In this document: piece after piece, positions 9,082 through 19,323 of the stretch
Layout of the letters: every line of letters starts with the position of its first letter
Position numbering within the stretch: position 1 is the first letter of the stretch
Assembly (NCBI GenBank): GCA_965200295.1
Contig: OZ241347.1
Location: forward strand, 3,006,093-3,070,092
Source: Gammaproteobacteria bacterium
GTDB taxonomy: Bacteria > Pseudomonadota > Gammaproteobacteria > Eutrophobiales > Eutrophobiaceae
Length of the DNA stretch: 64,000 nucleotides
Direction of reading: 5' to 3'
Program-made: the position numbers and the translations under genes
Notes under the pieces: generated by a model
The model's input: only the letters and a program-made list of their open reading frames with translations
Databases searched by the model: none
Told to the model about the DNA's origin: nothing

Positions 9082-12000
9082 CAGTATTGCGTGACTACAT
9101 CTAACAACGGTTCTGATGGGTCTATCACTATTAGCTGAGAGTGATCGATCATTGTGCCACTTGCGGCGGCTGCCCGCCCAACCGAGTTATTGTGTAAATC
9201 CATTAGCATTTCTCTTATAGGCTGATCTTTTATAATTAGCCCTTCCAGTTCGTGCCCATATCCGACCATAATTGAGGTGATCGGATTAATTTCCTGATAC
9301 ATGCGCTGATTCCATACAGAATGTCTATATGCATCGCCTGTATTATTGTGGCCCGGTATGGCATTCAAAACTTCCTGGCCAATCTCTCTTGCTCGACCAA
9401 AATCAGGAACAAACTTATCTTTAATTGACTGCAACCCTCGTTTAATGCCATCAGACCAACTTTTTGCTGTCCGACGCGTCTCGTCTATAGAACCTTGCGC
9501 CCGTGCCGCCGACGCTTCCGCGTTAAACAACTGCGCCATCGCCGCAGTTAGCGCCCCATTAGCAAACTTGCCACCGGTGATACGGGAGATGGTGCCACCC
9601 GCCACGGCGGCTATCGTGGTGCGACCGATGACCGCCGAGGCGCTGAGGTCGCGGTAAGAGAATCGTCCCATCACCGCCTTGGACAAACCTGCCGCTAAGA
9701 ACCCGTTGCCGAACTGCCCACCCTGTAACTCGGCCAGAACACCCCCGGCTAAGCCGTGGGTCAAAACATGACCGGCGCCGCCCGCAGGTAACCCCGTGAG
9801 CGCCGTGAAATGCTCCCCTATCCCATAGAACGCCGCCGCACTGATACCCCCGAACAAAGCGCCCTTGACCGAGCCGGTGGCAATGCCGCCGGTGACAAAC
9901 CCGAACTGAAAGGCACTCAGCCAGGACTGGAAGACCCAAGCCTGTACGCCTGGTATCGCCAGCAAGGCAATGCTCATGAACGGCGCAACATCCCCGAACA
10001 CCTTGTTTAAGCCCTTAAACAGCTTCCCGATAAAATACCCACTGGGATCGGTGTAGGTCAAGGGGTTATTGAGCACATAGCTGTAGCGGTTCTGTCCCTG
10101 GGTATAGTGGGGAAACTGAATAATCGGGTCGGCCTGTAAGAACCGACCGAGCTTCGGGTCATAAATGCGCCCGTTCATGTGGATTAAGCCGTGAGCATCG
10201 AGCATCTCATGGCCGGTGTAGCCGCGGGGGGTGAAGCGGGTGTGCAGCGGACTGGTCAGGGTGAGCTGGGCCAGTATCTCACTGTTGTCCGGGTCGATGC
10301 GCTGGCCCCAGGCGTCATAGCGCAGGCGCTGTAAGACAACGCCATCGGAGTCCACCACACCGACCACGCTGTCGAGGTGGTCTTTGAGATAATAGCGGGT
10401 GTCATTGGTCGTGCGGGCGCCGCTCTTGTCGTGTTGCTGGGTGATGAGTACTGTCCCCCCGGCCAGCGTGCGCCGGTAGGCGCTGGCGCCGTCGGCGGCG
10501 ATGACATGCTCTACGGCGCCGAGATAGACCGTGGTCGTGGTACTCGTGCCCTGACCGGTGCGCACCGTGTCCGTGCGGGTGCTGCGGCTGCGGTCGGGGC
10601 CATAAACAAAGGTGGTGGCGTGTGTGCCCCGGGTGATGCCAGCCACCTTGTTAAAAGCCGTGTAGGTCAGCGTGCGCCCGGCGCCGGTGCGTTGGTTGCC
10701 GTTAGCATCGTAGGTGTAGGTATCCGTGCCGGCCTGCACCACAGCGTGCGGGCCGGGGGTGCTCGCGTCCGTGCTGCCGTAGGTGTACGCGCCCACCCCG
10801 CTCTTGCGGGTGATGTTGCCCTGAGCGTCGTAGTCCACAGTGCGGGTGACGCTGGTCCGGCCACCGGCAGTCCAGGCCCGCACCAGACGATTGTGGCGGT
10901 CGTAGCTGAGATACTCGCCGAACCGGATAGCGCCCGCCTGCCAGGCGCGCTGACTTAAGTTGCCGAGCACATCCCAGCCGTAGCTGTCCTTCTGCAAGCG
11001 CACACGCATGGCCGTGTGGGCAGTAATCAGACCCACGCGCCCGGTGCTGTCCGAAATGCTGCGCACCGTACTGACCGCACCGCCGCCTAAGGTCTCCCGG
11101 GTAACCTGCCCGCGCGCGTTGCGATGGTTGATGGTGCGATACACGGCGCGTGGGCGGTTGTGCTCCTGCACCCCGTCGGTCCAGCGATACGCATGGCCCC
11201 ACTGATTATACTGCACCGCCACCACGTTATCCGTCCAGTCGGCCCGCTGCCGGGCCGCATCGAAGGTCTGATACGGACGCCCGTATTCATCGAAGGTCTG
11301 GCGGCTGTGGTAGGTCTTCGCCGTAGCGCCGACGCGCACGGTGGTCTCGGTCATGGCAGGACGCCCCAGCCTGTCATAGCGGTGCGCGCGAACATAGCCG
11401 CTACGGGTGTCTGCGACCCGGCTGAGTTGCCCCAGACCATTAGCCGCCGTGTCATACGTCCAGGTCACCTCGGACTCAATATCCGGCTTGGTATCCGCAT
11501 CAGCGCCATCCGGCACTGTGTCCCGGCGCGTCAGCGGGCGACCCAGGGCATCATAAGTCAGCGCTTGGACATTGCCCACCGCATCGGTCTGTTTGACCAG
11601 TTCGTCAAAGCCGTTATACGTGTAGTGGGTTACCCCCCGGTTCGGGTCTGTTTCCTTGACGCGCCGCCCGCGCAGGTCGTAGGCCCAGGCCACGGTCACG
11701 GCAGCATCGCCCGTGCCGGTGGCAGTCGCCACCACCTGCCCCCAGGCGTCGTAACGGTGCGTGACCGGCGTGCCCGCCGCATCGGTAGTCTTAATCACCT
11801 CGCCTAAGGCATTGCGGGTCTCGACGCTGGCCTGATTCTTGCCGTTGACGGTCTTAGCGCTCATGCCCTGATAAGTCATTGTGAGCCGGCTGTTGTGTCC
11901 GGCGCTGTAGTCAGGCAGGGTGGTCTGTGTCACCCGACCCAGCAGGTCGTAGGTGTGGACCGTGCGATACACCGTACCCCCGACATAGTACGGCTCGCTC

Positions 12001-12317
12001 TGCCGGGCCACCCGGCCCAAGGCGTCATAGTCCGTGTCGGTATGTACCCACTGCCCGCCAAAGCCGCGCCGGGCCGTGCGCACTACCCGATCCAGCATGT
12101 CGCGGTAGTCCCGGCTGACCCCGCCGCCAGCTAGCCGGGTCTCGGTGTACCAGGCCGCCTGACCGGGACAGTGAGACACCCCGGCACAGGCCGCCCGCAG
12201 CGCGCCGGTGTGAGAACCGTCAGCGGTCTGCGTAAAATACAACCGTCCCCCGGCCGTGTAGTGGTAGGTGGTCTTGAGACTGGCTGTCACCGCATAACTG
12301 CCGTTAACATCCAACAC
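9081..12317 (-). CDS. N-truncated RHS repeat protein (orphan) with an HNN-motif C-terminal toxin domain
   Basis: 1078 aa, nearly identical to the main RHS body from 'VLDVNGSY...' through the 'MAQLFNAE' core end. It carries a unique approximately 140-aa tip, '...PGHNNTGDAYRHSVWNQRMYQEI...'. Homology with the main gene stops at about 12352. Confidence 0.8.
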   Translation of the reverse strand: MLDVNGSYAVTASLKTTYHYTAGGRLYFTQTADGSHTGALRAACAGVSHCPGQAAWYTETRLAGGGVSRDYRDMLDRVVRTARRGFGGQWVHTDTDYDALGRVARQSEPYYVGGTVYRTVHTYDLLGRVTQTTLPDYSAGHNSRLTMTYQGMSAKTVNGKNQASVETRNALGEVIKTTDAAGTPVTHRYDAWGQVVATATGTGDAAVTVAWAYDLRGRRVKETDPNRGVTHYTYNGFDELVKQTDAVGNVQALTYDALGRPLTRRDTVPDGADADTKPDIESEVTWTYDTAANGLGQLSRVADTRSGYVRAHRYDRLGRPAMTETTVRVGATAKTYHSRQTFDEYGRPYQTFDAARQRADWTDNVVAVQYNQWGHAYRWTDGVQEHNRPRAVYRTINHRNARGQVTRETLGGGAVSTVRSISDSTGRVGLITAHTAMRVRLQKDSYGWDVLGNLSQRAWQAGAIRFGEYLSYDRHNRLVRAWTAGGRTSVTRTVDYDAQGNITRKSGVGAYTYGSTDASTPGPHAVVQAGTDTYTYDANGNQRTGAGRTLTYTAFNKVAGITRGTHATTFVYGPDRSRSTRTDTVRTGQGTSTTTTVYLGAVEHVIAADGASAYRRTLAGGTVLITQQHDKSGARTTNDTRYYLKDHLDSVVGVVDSDGVVLQRLRYDAWGQRIDPDNSEILAQLTLTSPLHTRFTPRGYTGHEMLDAHGLIHMNGRIYDPKLGRFLQADPIIQFPHYTQGQNRYSYVLNNPLTYTDPSGYFIGKLFKGLNKVFGDVAPFMSIALLAIPGVQAWVFQSWLSAFQFGFVTGGIATGSVKGALFGGISAAAFYGIGEHFTALTGLPAGGAGHVLTHGLAGGVLAELQGGQFGNGFLAAGLSKAVMGRFSYRDLSASAVIGRTTIAAVAGGTISRITGGKFANGALTAAMAQLFNAEASAARAQGSIDETRRTAKSWSDGIKRGLQSIKDKFVPDFGRAREIGQEVLNAIPGHNNTGDAYRHSVWNQRMYQEINPITSIMVGYGHELEGLIIKDQPIREMLMDLHNNSVGRAAAASGTMIDHSQLIVIDPSEPLLDVVTQY

Positions 12318-12666
12318 CTGCTCGGATTGGGTCGGCAGTCCGTGGGCGTTATACCCCGGGACCCGGCGCAGCGAGTGTATTTGAAGTTCTGCTCCGATTA
12401 AACCCCTGCTAGCGGCATTAGCCTCGCCACAGTACCTACAGCCGTTGCCCAGCGCGGCGTAGTTCTGCCAAATTCCTGCTTATTCATCCCCTGACTAGCC
12501 GGGGCGAGGCCGAGTCATGCATCAGAGACGGGCCGAATCCGGAGCCCAAAAGCGGCTACGCATCTGCCACAAGGCCATTCATCGTTCACCCTGATTGAGT
12601 AGGGTGCCACCAACAGGCCAAGTGGTTGGCAGAGACCCGTTTTGAATCCCTCACGCAAGATTTGGG

Positions 12667-13041
12667 TTAGATGTCCGGGTCGGACGTTTCAACTAACACG
12701 CTGTTAAATTCTATACCTGTCTCGTGGATGATAACTTTATCTAATATGCTTGTCTCTCTCACAAGATAACCAACATCTTTCCATATTGTTCTTCCTGAAC
12801 TAAATTCAACATCGATATGGTAATCCGAAGGGCGTTTTACCAGAAAACGCATTTTAGTTTGTTCGCCATGCTTCAGATCTCTAACCATTTGCATATTTTC
12901 ATCAACTGTGACACGAAGTACAACAACCGTCTCACTAGACTCATTCACTATAGTCAATTCTGCTGTCCCTTCTCTGAAACAACCTTCAAATGCGAGTAGA
13001 ACACCAACTAAACAGAGAAATTTCAACCAGTGCGTTTTCAT
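12667..13041 (-). CDS. Putative lipoprotein immunity protein, paralog of 8719..9081
   Basis: 124 aa beginning 'MKTHWLKFLCLVGVLLAFEGC...', similar to 'MKTCCLKFLCLVGAMLVLVNC...'. Start overlaps the stop of orphan cassette 13041..14345. Confidence 0.65.
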   Translation of the reverse strand: MKTHWLKFLCLVGVLLAFEGCFREGTAELTIVNESSETVVVLRVTVDENMQMVRDLKHGEQTKMRFLVKRPSDYHIDVEFSSGRTIWKDVGYLVRETSILDKVIIHETGIEFNSVLVETSDPDI

Positions 13042-14345
13042 CAGTATTGCGTGACGGCATCTATAAATGGTTCTGATGGATCTATTACTATCAGATGAGA
13101 GTGATCGATCATTGTGCCACTTGCGGCGGCTGCCCGCCCAACCGAGTTATTGTGTAAATCCATAAGCGTTTCATTTAGCGGTTGTCTAGTCAATAGATTT
13201 TTAAGTTCGTATAAGTACCCAGCAGTATATGAAGTAACAGGATTGATCTCTTGGTACATCCGTTGACTCCACACGGCGTGTCTTTTTGCATCACCCATGT
13301 TGTTGTGACCGGGCGATGTATCCAAGACTTCCTGGCCAATCTCCCCTGCTCGACCAAAATCAGGAACAAACTTATCTTTAATTGACTGCAACCCTCGTTT
13401 AATGCCATCAGACCAACTTTTTGCTGTCCGACGCGTCTCGTCTATAGAACCTTGCGCCCGTGCCGCCGACGCTTCCGCGTTAAACAACTGCGCCATCGCC
13501 GCCGTTAGCGCCCCGTTAGCAAACTTGCCGCCGGTGATACGGGAGACAGTGCCGCCCACCACGGCGGCTATCGTGGTGCGGCCAATAACCGCCGGGGCGC
13601 TGACGTCCCGATAGGAGAACCGACCTATCACGGACTTGGATAAGCCCGCCGCTAAGAACCCGTTACCGAACTGTCCACCCTGCAACTCAGCCAGCACCCC
13701 GCCGGTCAACGCATGCGCGCCAAGATGTGTGAACCCACCTGTGGCCTCTATAGCCTGAAAGTAGTGCCCCACGGCGCTAAACGCCTGCGCCGATACATAA
13801 GTAAAGAGGCCTGCCTTCAACACCCGTTGCAAGGACACCCCGCCAGCATAGGCGTTCCCAGCCGCCGCCGTGGCGCAGGTCAGAGCATTGCCACTGAGGC
13901 AGTGTGCCAGGGTAGAAAACTGACGCAGTACCGGGACCTTGCTGAACAAGACCTCCCCAAAAATGCCGTTGATGATGCCGCCCACTACCTTACGTAACAG
14001 CTTCCCGATAAAATACCCACTGGGATCGGTATAGGTCAAGGGGTTGTTCAGCACATAGCTGTAGCGGTTCTGACCCTGGGTAGAGTGGGGGAACTGAATA
14101 ATCGGGTCGGCCTGTAAAAACCGGCCGAGCTTCGGATCATAGATGCGCCCGTTCATGTGGATTAAGCCGTGAGCATCGAGCATCTCATGGCCGGTGTAGC
14201 CACGGGGGGTGAAGCGGGTGTGCAGCGGACTGGTCAGGGTGAGCTGCGCCAGTATCTCACTGTTGTCCGGGTCGATGCGCTGGCCCCAGACGTCATAGCG
14301 CAGGCGCTGTAAGACAACGCCGTCGGAGTCCACCACACCGACCAC
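13041..14345 (-). CDS. Orphan RHS C-terminal cassette (core end plus an HNN-motif tip paralog). GTG start, possibly silent
   Basis: 434 aa starting inside the RHS body ('VGVVDSDGVVLQRLRYD...'). The tip contains '...PGHNNMGDAKRHAVWSQRMYQEI...', a paralog of the 9081 tip. A conserved junction lies upstream (14346-14483). Confidence 0.75.
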   Translation of the reverse strand: MVGVVDSDGVVLQRLRYDVWGQRIDPDNSEILAQLTLTSPLHTRFTPRGYTGHEMLDAHGLIHMNGRIYDPKLGRFLQADPIIQFPHSTQGQNRYSYVLNNPLTYTDPSGYFIGKLLRKVVGGIINGIFGEVLFSKVPVLRQFSTLAHCLSGNALTCATAAAGNAYAGGVSLQRVLKAGLFTYVSAQAFSAVGHYFQAIEATGGFTHLGAHALTGGVLAELQGGQFGNGFLAAGLSKSVIGRFSYRDVSAPAVIGRTTIAAVVGGTVSRITGGKFANGALTAAMAQLFNAEASAARAQGSIDETRRTAKSWSDGIKRGLQSIKDKFVPDFGRAGEIGQEVLDTSPGHNNMGDAKRHAVWSQRMYQEINPVTSYTAGYLYELKNLLTRQPLNETLMDLHNNSVGRAAAASGTMIDHSHLIVIDPSEPFIDAVTQY

Positions 14346-14483
14346 GCTGTCGAGGTGGTCTTTGAGATAATAGCGGGTGTCGTTAGTCGTGCGCGTCCCG
14401 GCCTTGTTGTGCTGCTGCGCCGTGCCCAGTGAGAAGGCATGATCAAGGGGTTAGAAATGAGCATCAGGTTTTTCAGGGATGAC

Positions 14484-14948
14484 TTACCCTGATGGGTGAC
14501 ATTCAGTTACATGGGGGGCATTAGTGTTAATTTTTCTAATCCGATTCTTTGTAATATTTTCCTCTAAAACGCCTTCTCTAATCCACACATGACCATTCCC
14601 AACCATCAAACCCCGCCAAGTAAAAAACAGATCTTCAATTTCTTGTTTCAAAATAGCTTCTTTAACGTTCGAATTGAAAATGACTTCGTAGCTTTTAATA
14701 AAATCAGCTTTAGTCTCGAGCCACAACACCTCTCGGTTTCCCAATGAAATCGGTAATGGATATGCGATAAGCTCAGAAATTCGTTTTTTATCATCTGCCT
14801 TCGTAGCAGCTTTAAGGACATTTACAAACGCTATCTGTTCCGACGTAACTTCGTCTGCGGATATAGACTCACAAGCATTAGAATTAATAGCGCTAATAAC
14901 CAATATTACTAATAATATTTTCACTAACAGCCCCCTTGAAACATGCAT
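14484..14948 (-). CDS. Orphan immunity protein, paralog of the lysozyme-tip immunity at 26542..27006. Signal peptide present
   Basis: 154 aa beginning 'MHVSRGLLVKILLVILVISAINSNACE...', about 80% identical to 26542..27006. Confidence 0.7.
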   Translation of the reverse strand: MHVSRGLLVKILLVILVISAINSNACESISADEVTSEQIAFVNVLKAATKADDKKRISELIAYPLPISLGNREVLWLETKADFIKSYEVIFNSNVKEAILKQEIEDLFFTWRGLMVGNGHVWIREGVLEENITKNRIRKINTNAPHVTECHPSG

Positions 14949-15023
14949 ATCTCTTCATAGCGTCGACTGGTCAAGCCTTTTGATGTAGTCTTTGTTGGAG
15001 AATTTCTTACTGAATTCTCAGCA

Positions 15024-15293
15024 TTAAACAACTGCGCCATCGCTGAGGTCCTGGTAAGAGAACCGTCCCATCACCGCCTTGGATAAGCCTGCGGCCAAAA
15101 ACCCGTTACCGAACTGTCCGCCCTGCAACTCAGCAAGGACACCCCCGGCCAGACCATGGGTCAGGACATGACCGGCGCCGCCCGCAGGTAACCCCGTGAG
15201 CGCTGTGAAATGCTCCCCTATCCCATAGAACGCCGCCGCACTGATACCCCCGAACAAAGCGCCCTTGACCGAGCCGGTGGCAAACCCGAGCAA
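15024..15293 (-). pseudogene. Displaced and decayed relic: RHS core end fused by deletions to a collapsed GH24 lysozyme tip, frameshifted
   Basis: Reads 'ATGSVKGALFGG...GRFSYQDLS' and then is out of frame. Continuing in the -1 frame gives 'AMAQLFNAENSVRNSPTK|TTSKGLTSRRYEEICM', which matches both ends of the lysozyme tip of 26982..37826 with the middle missing. Confidence 0.7.
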
Positions 15294-15297
15294 GAGT

Positions 15298-15903
15298 TCA
15301 TATTTCTACCTCAACATGCCGAATCCACTTACCATCGTAATAAAACAATATCACGGTAGATGACGGCGATGAGATCAAAATTGGAATGCTAAGTTTTCGT
15401 TTATCAATATCGGAAACATTAATTTTCGAACCATCTTTCATGTAACTGAACTGTATTGTTTCCAGATTTATACCGGTATAACCATAATAAAGATACATCC
15501 CTTTTAGTCCAATACCATCATCCAAGACATCCTTAACTACAAACGATTTTGCATGACTCCCTTTAACTGCAAATACCAAAAAATAGTCAAATCCATGCAC
15601 TAAATTTGAAACATGTTCAATATTGCTGTCTTTGTCGTAGAATTCATTTCTTTTTCTGGCTAGAAATAGAATGCTACTTTTGATATCACCGTAATCGACA
15701 AAGTCTAATACATATGGTGAGCCATCACTTCCATACGGATTAATATCTGGAAATCGGTCGCCGTGTACTGCTTCCAGTCCTTTAGTCGCTGCTAACTTGT
15801 CCATAAGTTGGAATACACTCTCCTTACTCTCAGATGAAGCCCAAGACAGCAGGGCCATTGAAAAACCAATAAGCAGAAGTAAACGAGAGACAATTCTGGC
15901 CAT
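15298..15903 (-). CDS. Putative periplasmic immunity protein for the M15-like peptidase tip (signal peptide, low GC)
   Basis: 201 aa beginning 'MARIVSRLLLLIGFSMALLSWASSE'. Lies immediately downstream of RHS 15906..18554. Confidence 0.6.
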   Translation of the reverse strand: MARIVSRLLLLIGFSMALLSWASSESKESVFQLMDKLAATKGLEAVHGDRFPDINPYGSDGSPYVLDFVDYGDIKSSILFLARKRNEFYDKDSNIEHVSNLVHGFDYFLVFAVKGSHAKSFVVKDVLDDGIGLKGMYLYYGYTGINLETIQFSYMKDGSKINVSDIDKRKLSIPILISSPSSTVILFYYDGKWIRHVEVEI

Positions 15904-15905
15904 TG

Positions 15906-18554
15906 TTAATTCTGTTTGCGAAGTTGAAAATGATAATGTCTATCATTGTAGTGATATGGCATCGCATTGGGATCAAAAATTAAATCTGTTTTACTAACAG
16001 AAGGCCGGACTATATCTACAGGCACAATCTCGCCGTCGTAGTATTTTATTCTCAAATCTACGGCATCACCTCTGATGTGAGCTGCTCCAGATTTACCTAT
16101 CAAAGAGCCATCTGTGCTTGAGTAGACTCTCCCGTCGGTCCCCTTATATCGGTCTCCACCTGTAACCCTGAATTGAAATTGGTCTGTTTCAATTTTCTTG
16201 ACTAGATTACTGTACAGATCTGCTACGTTTTCTCGAAGGGAATCATTTTCTAACACATAACCATCAGGATTTAATTCTCTGCCATCGACCATAATAGGGT
16301 ATCTATTCACTCGCGCCCGTGCCGCCGACGTTTCCGCATTAAACAACTGCGCCATCGCCGCGGTCAACGCCCCGTTAGCAAACTTGCCGCCGGTGATACG
16401 GGAGATGGTGCCACCCACCACAGCCGCTATGGTGGTACGACCAATAACCGCCGGGGCGCTGACGTCTCGATAGGCGAACCGCCCCATCACCGCCTTGGAC
16501 AAACCCGCCGCTAAGAACCCGTTGCCGAACTGCCCGCCCTGCAACTCGGCCAGAACACCCCCGGCTAAGCCATGGGTCAACACATGACCGGCGCCGCCCG
16601 CAGGTAACCCCGTGAGCGCCGTGAAATGCTCCCCTATCCCATAGAACGCCGCCGCACTGATACCCCCGAACAAAGCGCCCTTGACCGAGCCGGTGGCAAT
16701 GCCACCGGTGACAAACCCGAACTGAAAGGCACTCAGCCAGGACTGGAAGACCCAAGCCTGTACGCCTGGTATCGCCAGCAAGGCAATGCTTAAAAACGGC
16801 GCAAAGTCCCCGAACACCTTGTTCAAGCCCTTAAACAGCTTCCCGATAAAATACCCACTCGGGTCGGCATAGGTCAAGGGATTGTTCAGCACATAGCTGT
16901 AGCGGTTCTGACCCTGGGTATAGTGGGGGAACTGAATAACCGAGTCGGCCTGTAAGAACCGGCCGAGCTTCGGATCATAGATGCGCCCGTTCATGTGGAT
17001 TAAACCGTGAGCATCGAGCATCTCATGGCCGGTGTAGCCGCGTGCGGTGAAGCGGGTGTGCAGCGGACTGGTCAGGGTGAGCTGGGCCAGTATCTCACTG
17101 TTGTCCGGGTCGATGCGCTGGCCCCAGACGTCATAGCGCAGGCGCTGTAAGACAACGCCATCGGAGTCCACCACACCGACCACGCTGTCGAGGTGGTCTT
17201 TGAGATAATAGCGGGTGTCATTGGTCGTGCGGGCGCCGCTCTTGTCGTGTTGCTGGGTGATGAGTACTGTCCCCCCGGCCAGCGTGCGCCGGTAGGCGCT
17301 GGCGCCGTCGGCGGCGATGACATGCTCTACGGCGCCGAGATAGACCGTGGTCGTGGTACTCGTGCCCTGACCGGTGCGCACCGTGTCCGTGCGGGTGCTG
17401 CGGCTGCGGTCGGGGCCGTAAACAAAGGTGGTGGCGTGTGTGCCCCGGGTGATGCCAGCCACCTTGTTAAAAGCCGTGTAGGTCAGCGTGCGCCTGGCGC
17501 CGCTGAGTTGGTTGCCGTTGGCATCGTAGGTGTAGGTATCCGTGCCGGCCTGTACTACGGCATGTGGGCCGGGGGTGCTCGCGTCCGTGCTGCCGTAGGT
17601 GTACACGCCCACCCCGCTCTTGCGGGTGATGTTGCCCTGAGCGTCGTAGTCCACAGTGCGGGTGATGCTGGTCCGGCCACCGGCAGTCCAGGCCCGCACC
17701 AGACGATTGTGGCGGTCGTAGCTGAGATACTCGCCGAACCGGATAGCGCCCGCCTGCCAGGCGCGCTGACTTAAGTTGCCGAGCACATCCCAGCCGTAGC
17801 TGTCCTTCTGCAAGCGCACACGCATGGCCGTGTGGGCAGTAATCAGACCCACGCGCCCGGTGCTGTCCGAAATGCTGCGCACCGTACTGACCGCACCGCC
17901 GCCTAAGGTCTCCCGGGTAACCTGCCCGCGCGCGTTGCGATGGTTGATGGTGCGATACACGGCGCGTGGGCGGTTGTGCTCCTGCACCCCGTCGGTCCAG
18001 CGATACGCATGGCCCCACTGATTATACTGCACCGCCACCACGTTATCCGTCCAGTCGGCCCGCTGCCGGGCCGCATCGAAGGTCTGATACGGACGCCCGT
18101 ATTCATCGAAGGTCTGGCGGCTGTGGTAGGTCTTCGCCGTAGCGCCGACGCGCACGGTGGTCTCGGTCATGGCAGGACGCCCCAGCCTGTCATAGCGGTG
18201 CGCGCGAACATAGCCGCTACGGGTGTCTGCGACCCGGCTGAGTTGCCCCAGACCATTAGCCGCCGTGTCATACGTCCAGGTCACCTCGGACTCAATATCC
18301 GGCTTGGTATCCGCATCAGCGCCATCCGGCACTGTGTCCCGGCGCGTCAGCGGGCGACCCAGGGCATCATAAGTCAGCGCTTGGACATTGCCCACCGCAT
18401 CGGTCTGTTTGACCAGTTCGTCAAAGCCGTTATACGTGTAGTGGGTTACGCCCCGGTTCGGAAAATGGGCTATTTGATAAAGATTGTCTCTAATGAAATG
18501 TACGATAATACCAACGCCCCTCAAAGCATAAAAAATAAATCCAGCCTCCGCCAC
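15906..18554 (-). CDS. N-truncated RHS repeat protein (orphan) with a zinc D-Ala-D-Ala-type peptidase (M15-like) C-terminal toxin domain
   Basis: 882 aa. Identity with the main RHS begins at 'PNRGVTHYTYNGFD'. The tip after 'AQLFNAE' contains 'KSGAAHIRGDAVDL' (S-x-H-x-x-G-x-A-x-D) and 'DRHYHFQL', the metal ligands typical of peptidase M15 (VanY/VanX family). Confidence 0.7.
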   Translation of the reverse strand: MAEAGFIFYALRGVGIIVHFIRDNLYQIAHFPNRGVTHYTYNGFDELVKQTDAVGNVQALTYDALGRPLTRRDTVPDGADADTKPDIESEVTWTYDTAANGLGQLSRVADTRSGYVRAHRYDRLGRPAMTETTVRVGATAKTYHSRQTFDEYGRPYQTFDAARQRADWTDNVVAVQYNQWGHAYRWTDGVQEHNRPRAVYRTINHRNARGQVTRETLGGGAVSTVRSISDSTGRVGLITAHTAMRVRLQKDSYGWDVLGNLSQRAWQAGAIRFGEYLSYDRHNRLVRAWTAGGRTSITRTVDYDAQGNITRKSGVGVYTYGSTDASTPGPHAVVQAGTDTYTYDANGNQLSGARRTLTYTAFNKVAGITRGTHATTFVYGPDRSRSTRTDTVRTGQGTSTTTTVYLGAVEHVIAADGASAYRRTLAGGTVLITQQHDKSGARTTNDTRYYLKDHLDSVVGVVDSDGVVLQRLRYDVWGQRIDPDNSEILAQLTLTSPLHTRFTARGYTGHEMLDAHGLIHMNGRIYDPKLGRFLQADSVIQFPHYTQGQNRYSYVLNNPLTYADPSGYFIGKLFKGLNKVFGDFAPFLSIALLAIPGVQAWVFQSWLSAFQFGFVTGGIATGSVKGALFGGISAAAFYGIGEHFTALTGLPAGGAGHVLTHGLAGGVLAELQGGQFGNGFLAAGLSKAVMGRFAYRDVSAPAVIGRTTIAAVVGGTISRITGGKFANGALTAAMAQLFNAETSAARARVNRYPIMVDGRELNPDGYVLENDSLRENVADLYSNLVKKIETDQFQFRVTGGDRYKGTDGRVYSSTDGSLIGKSGAAHIRGDAVDLRIKYYDGEIVPVDIVRPSVSKTDLIFDPNAMPYHYNDRHYHFQLRKQN

Positions 18555-19077
18555 GTTCAGTGCTAATCAACCTGGCCTCGTCCGTAAAGATGATTTCACC
18601 TGACGATGTTCCATCGATAACAGGATAGAATGTAGGAGATATCGCTCCTTTTGTGACAGGTTTCTCGATAATGTTTAACCCCCCAGTTTTGTATTTTAAC
18701 GGTATCTGGCTCGGGCAAGTACTGTACTTTTCATATTTTGCAAAGGGGGCATTTTTGTTTTTCCCAGAAAAGATAAGAATCCTATAAGGATGATCATCTT
18801 CTGGGTTATTTGACTCACACGCCATTATCAATGTTTGTTCGCCTTCTGTGAAATCTTCGGTCACCAGATAGGGCGGCGTAAAAACAAACGGGCTGTCGTA
18901 ATAAAAATCCTTTATCGGTGAACAGCCCTGTGGGGCCATATACGTATGGTAGAAATGATGGGGAATATTGCTGTATTCCGGCAGCATGGGTGTCATCATA
19001 GAGTCGCTTGCTATAGCATACAAAAATGGCCATACAAGCAGTATTGCGATTTGTATCATCTGCTTCATCGTTTTCAT
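18490..19077 (-). CDS. Secreted hypothetical protein (signal peptide, low GC). Possibly an orphan or second immunity protein
   Basis: Probable start 'MKTMKQMIQIAILLVWPFLYAIASD'. Sits between two RHS cassettes. Confidence 0.4.
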   Translation of the reverse strand: MKTMKQMIQIAILLVWPFLYAIASDSMMTPMLPEYSNIPHHFYHTYMAPQGCSPIKDFYYDSPFVFTPPYLVTEDFTEGEQTLIMACESNNPEDDHPYRILIFSGKNKNAPFAKYEKYSTCPSQIPLKYKTGGLNIIEKPVTKGAISPTFYPVIDGTSSGEIIFTDEARLISTERGGGWIYFLCFEGRWYYRTFH

Positions 19078-19323
19078 TGGTCGATACAGCCTGGAGCATT
19101 GCAGGCAAGGTGTATATGACCTCTGCTTGATACACCAGAAGGATAGTTTTTGCTGTGCAAAACTTTGAAGTCGGTGTGCTTCTGTATGAAGGGGATAACT
19201 TCTTCTCTGGTCAAACCGGGATACGATCACTCAGAAGATGGCTTTCCTGTTCGCCAGTCTGGTACCCAGACTTGTGAAATCCTAAACCTCTTCACGATGA
19301 CCTCCCTGGTCCCCACATGCCGA

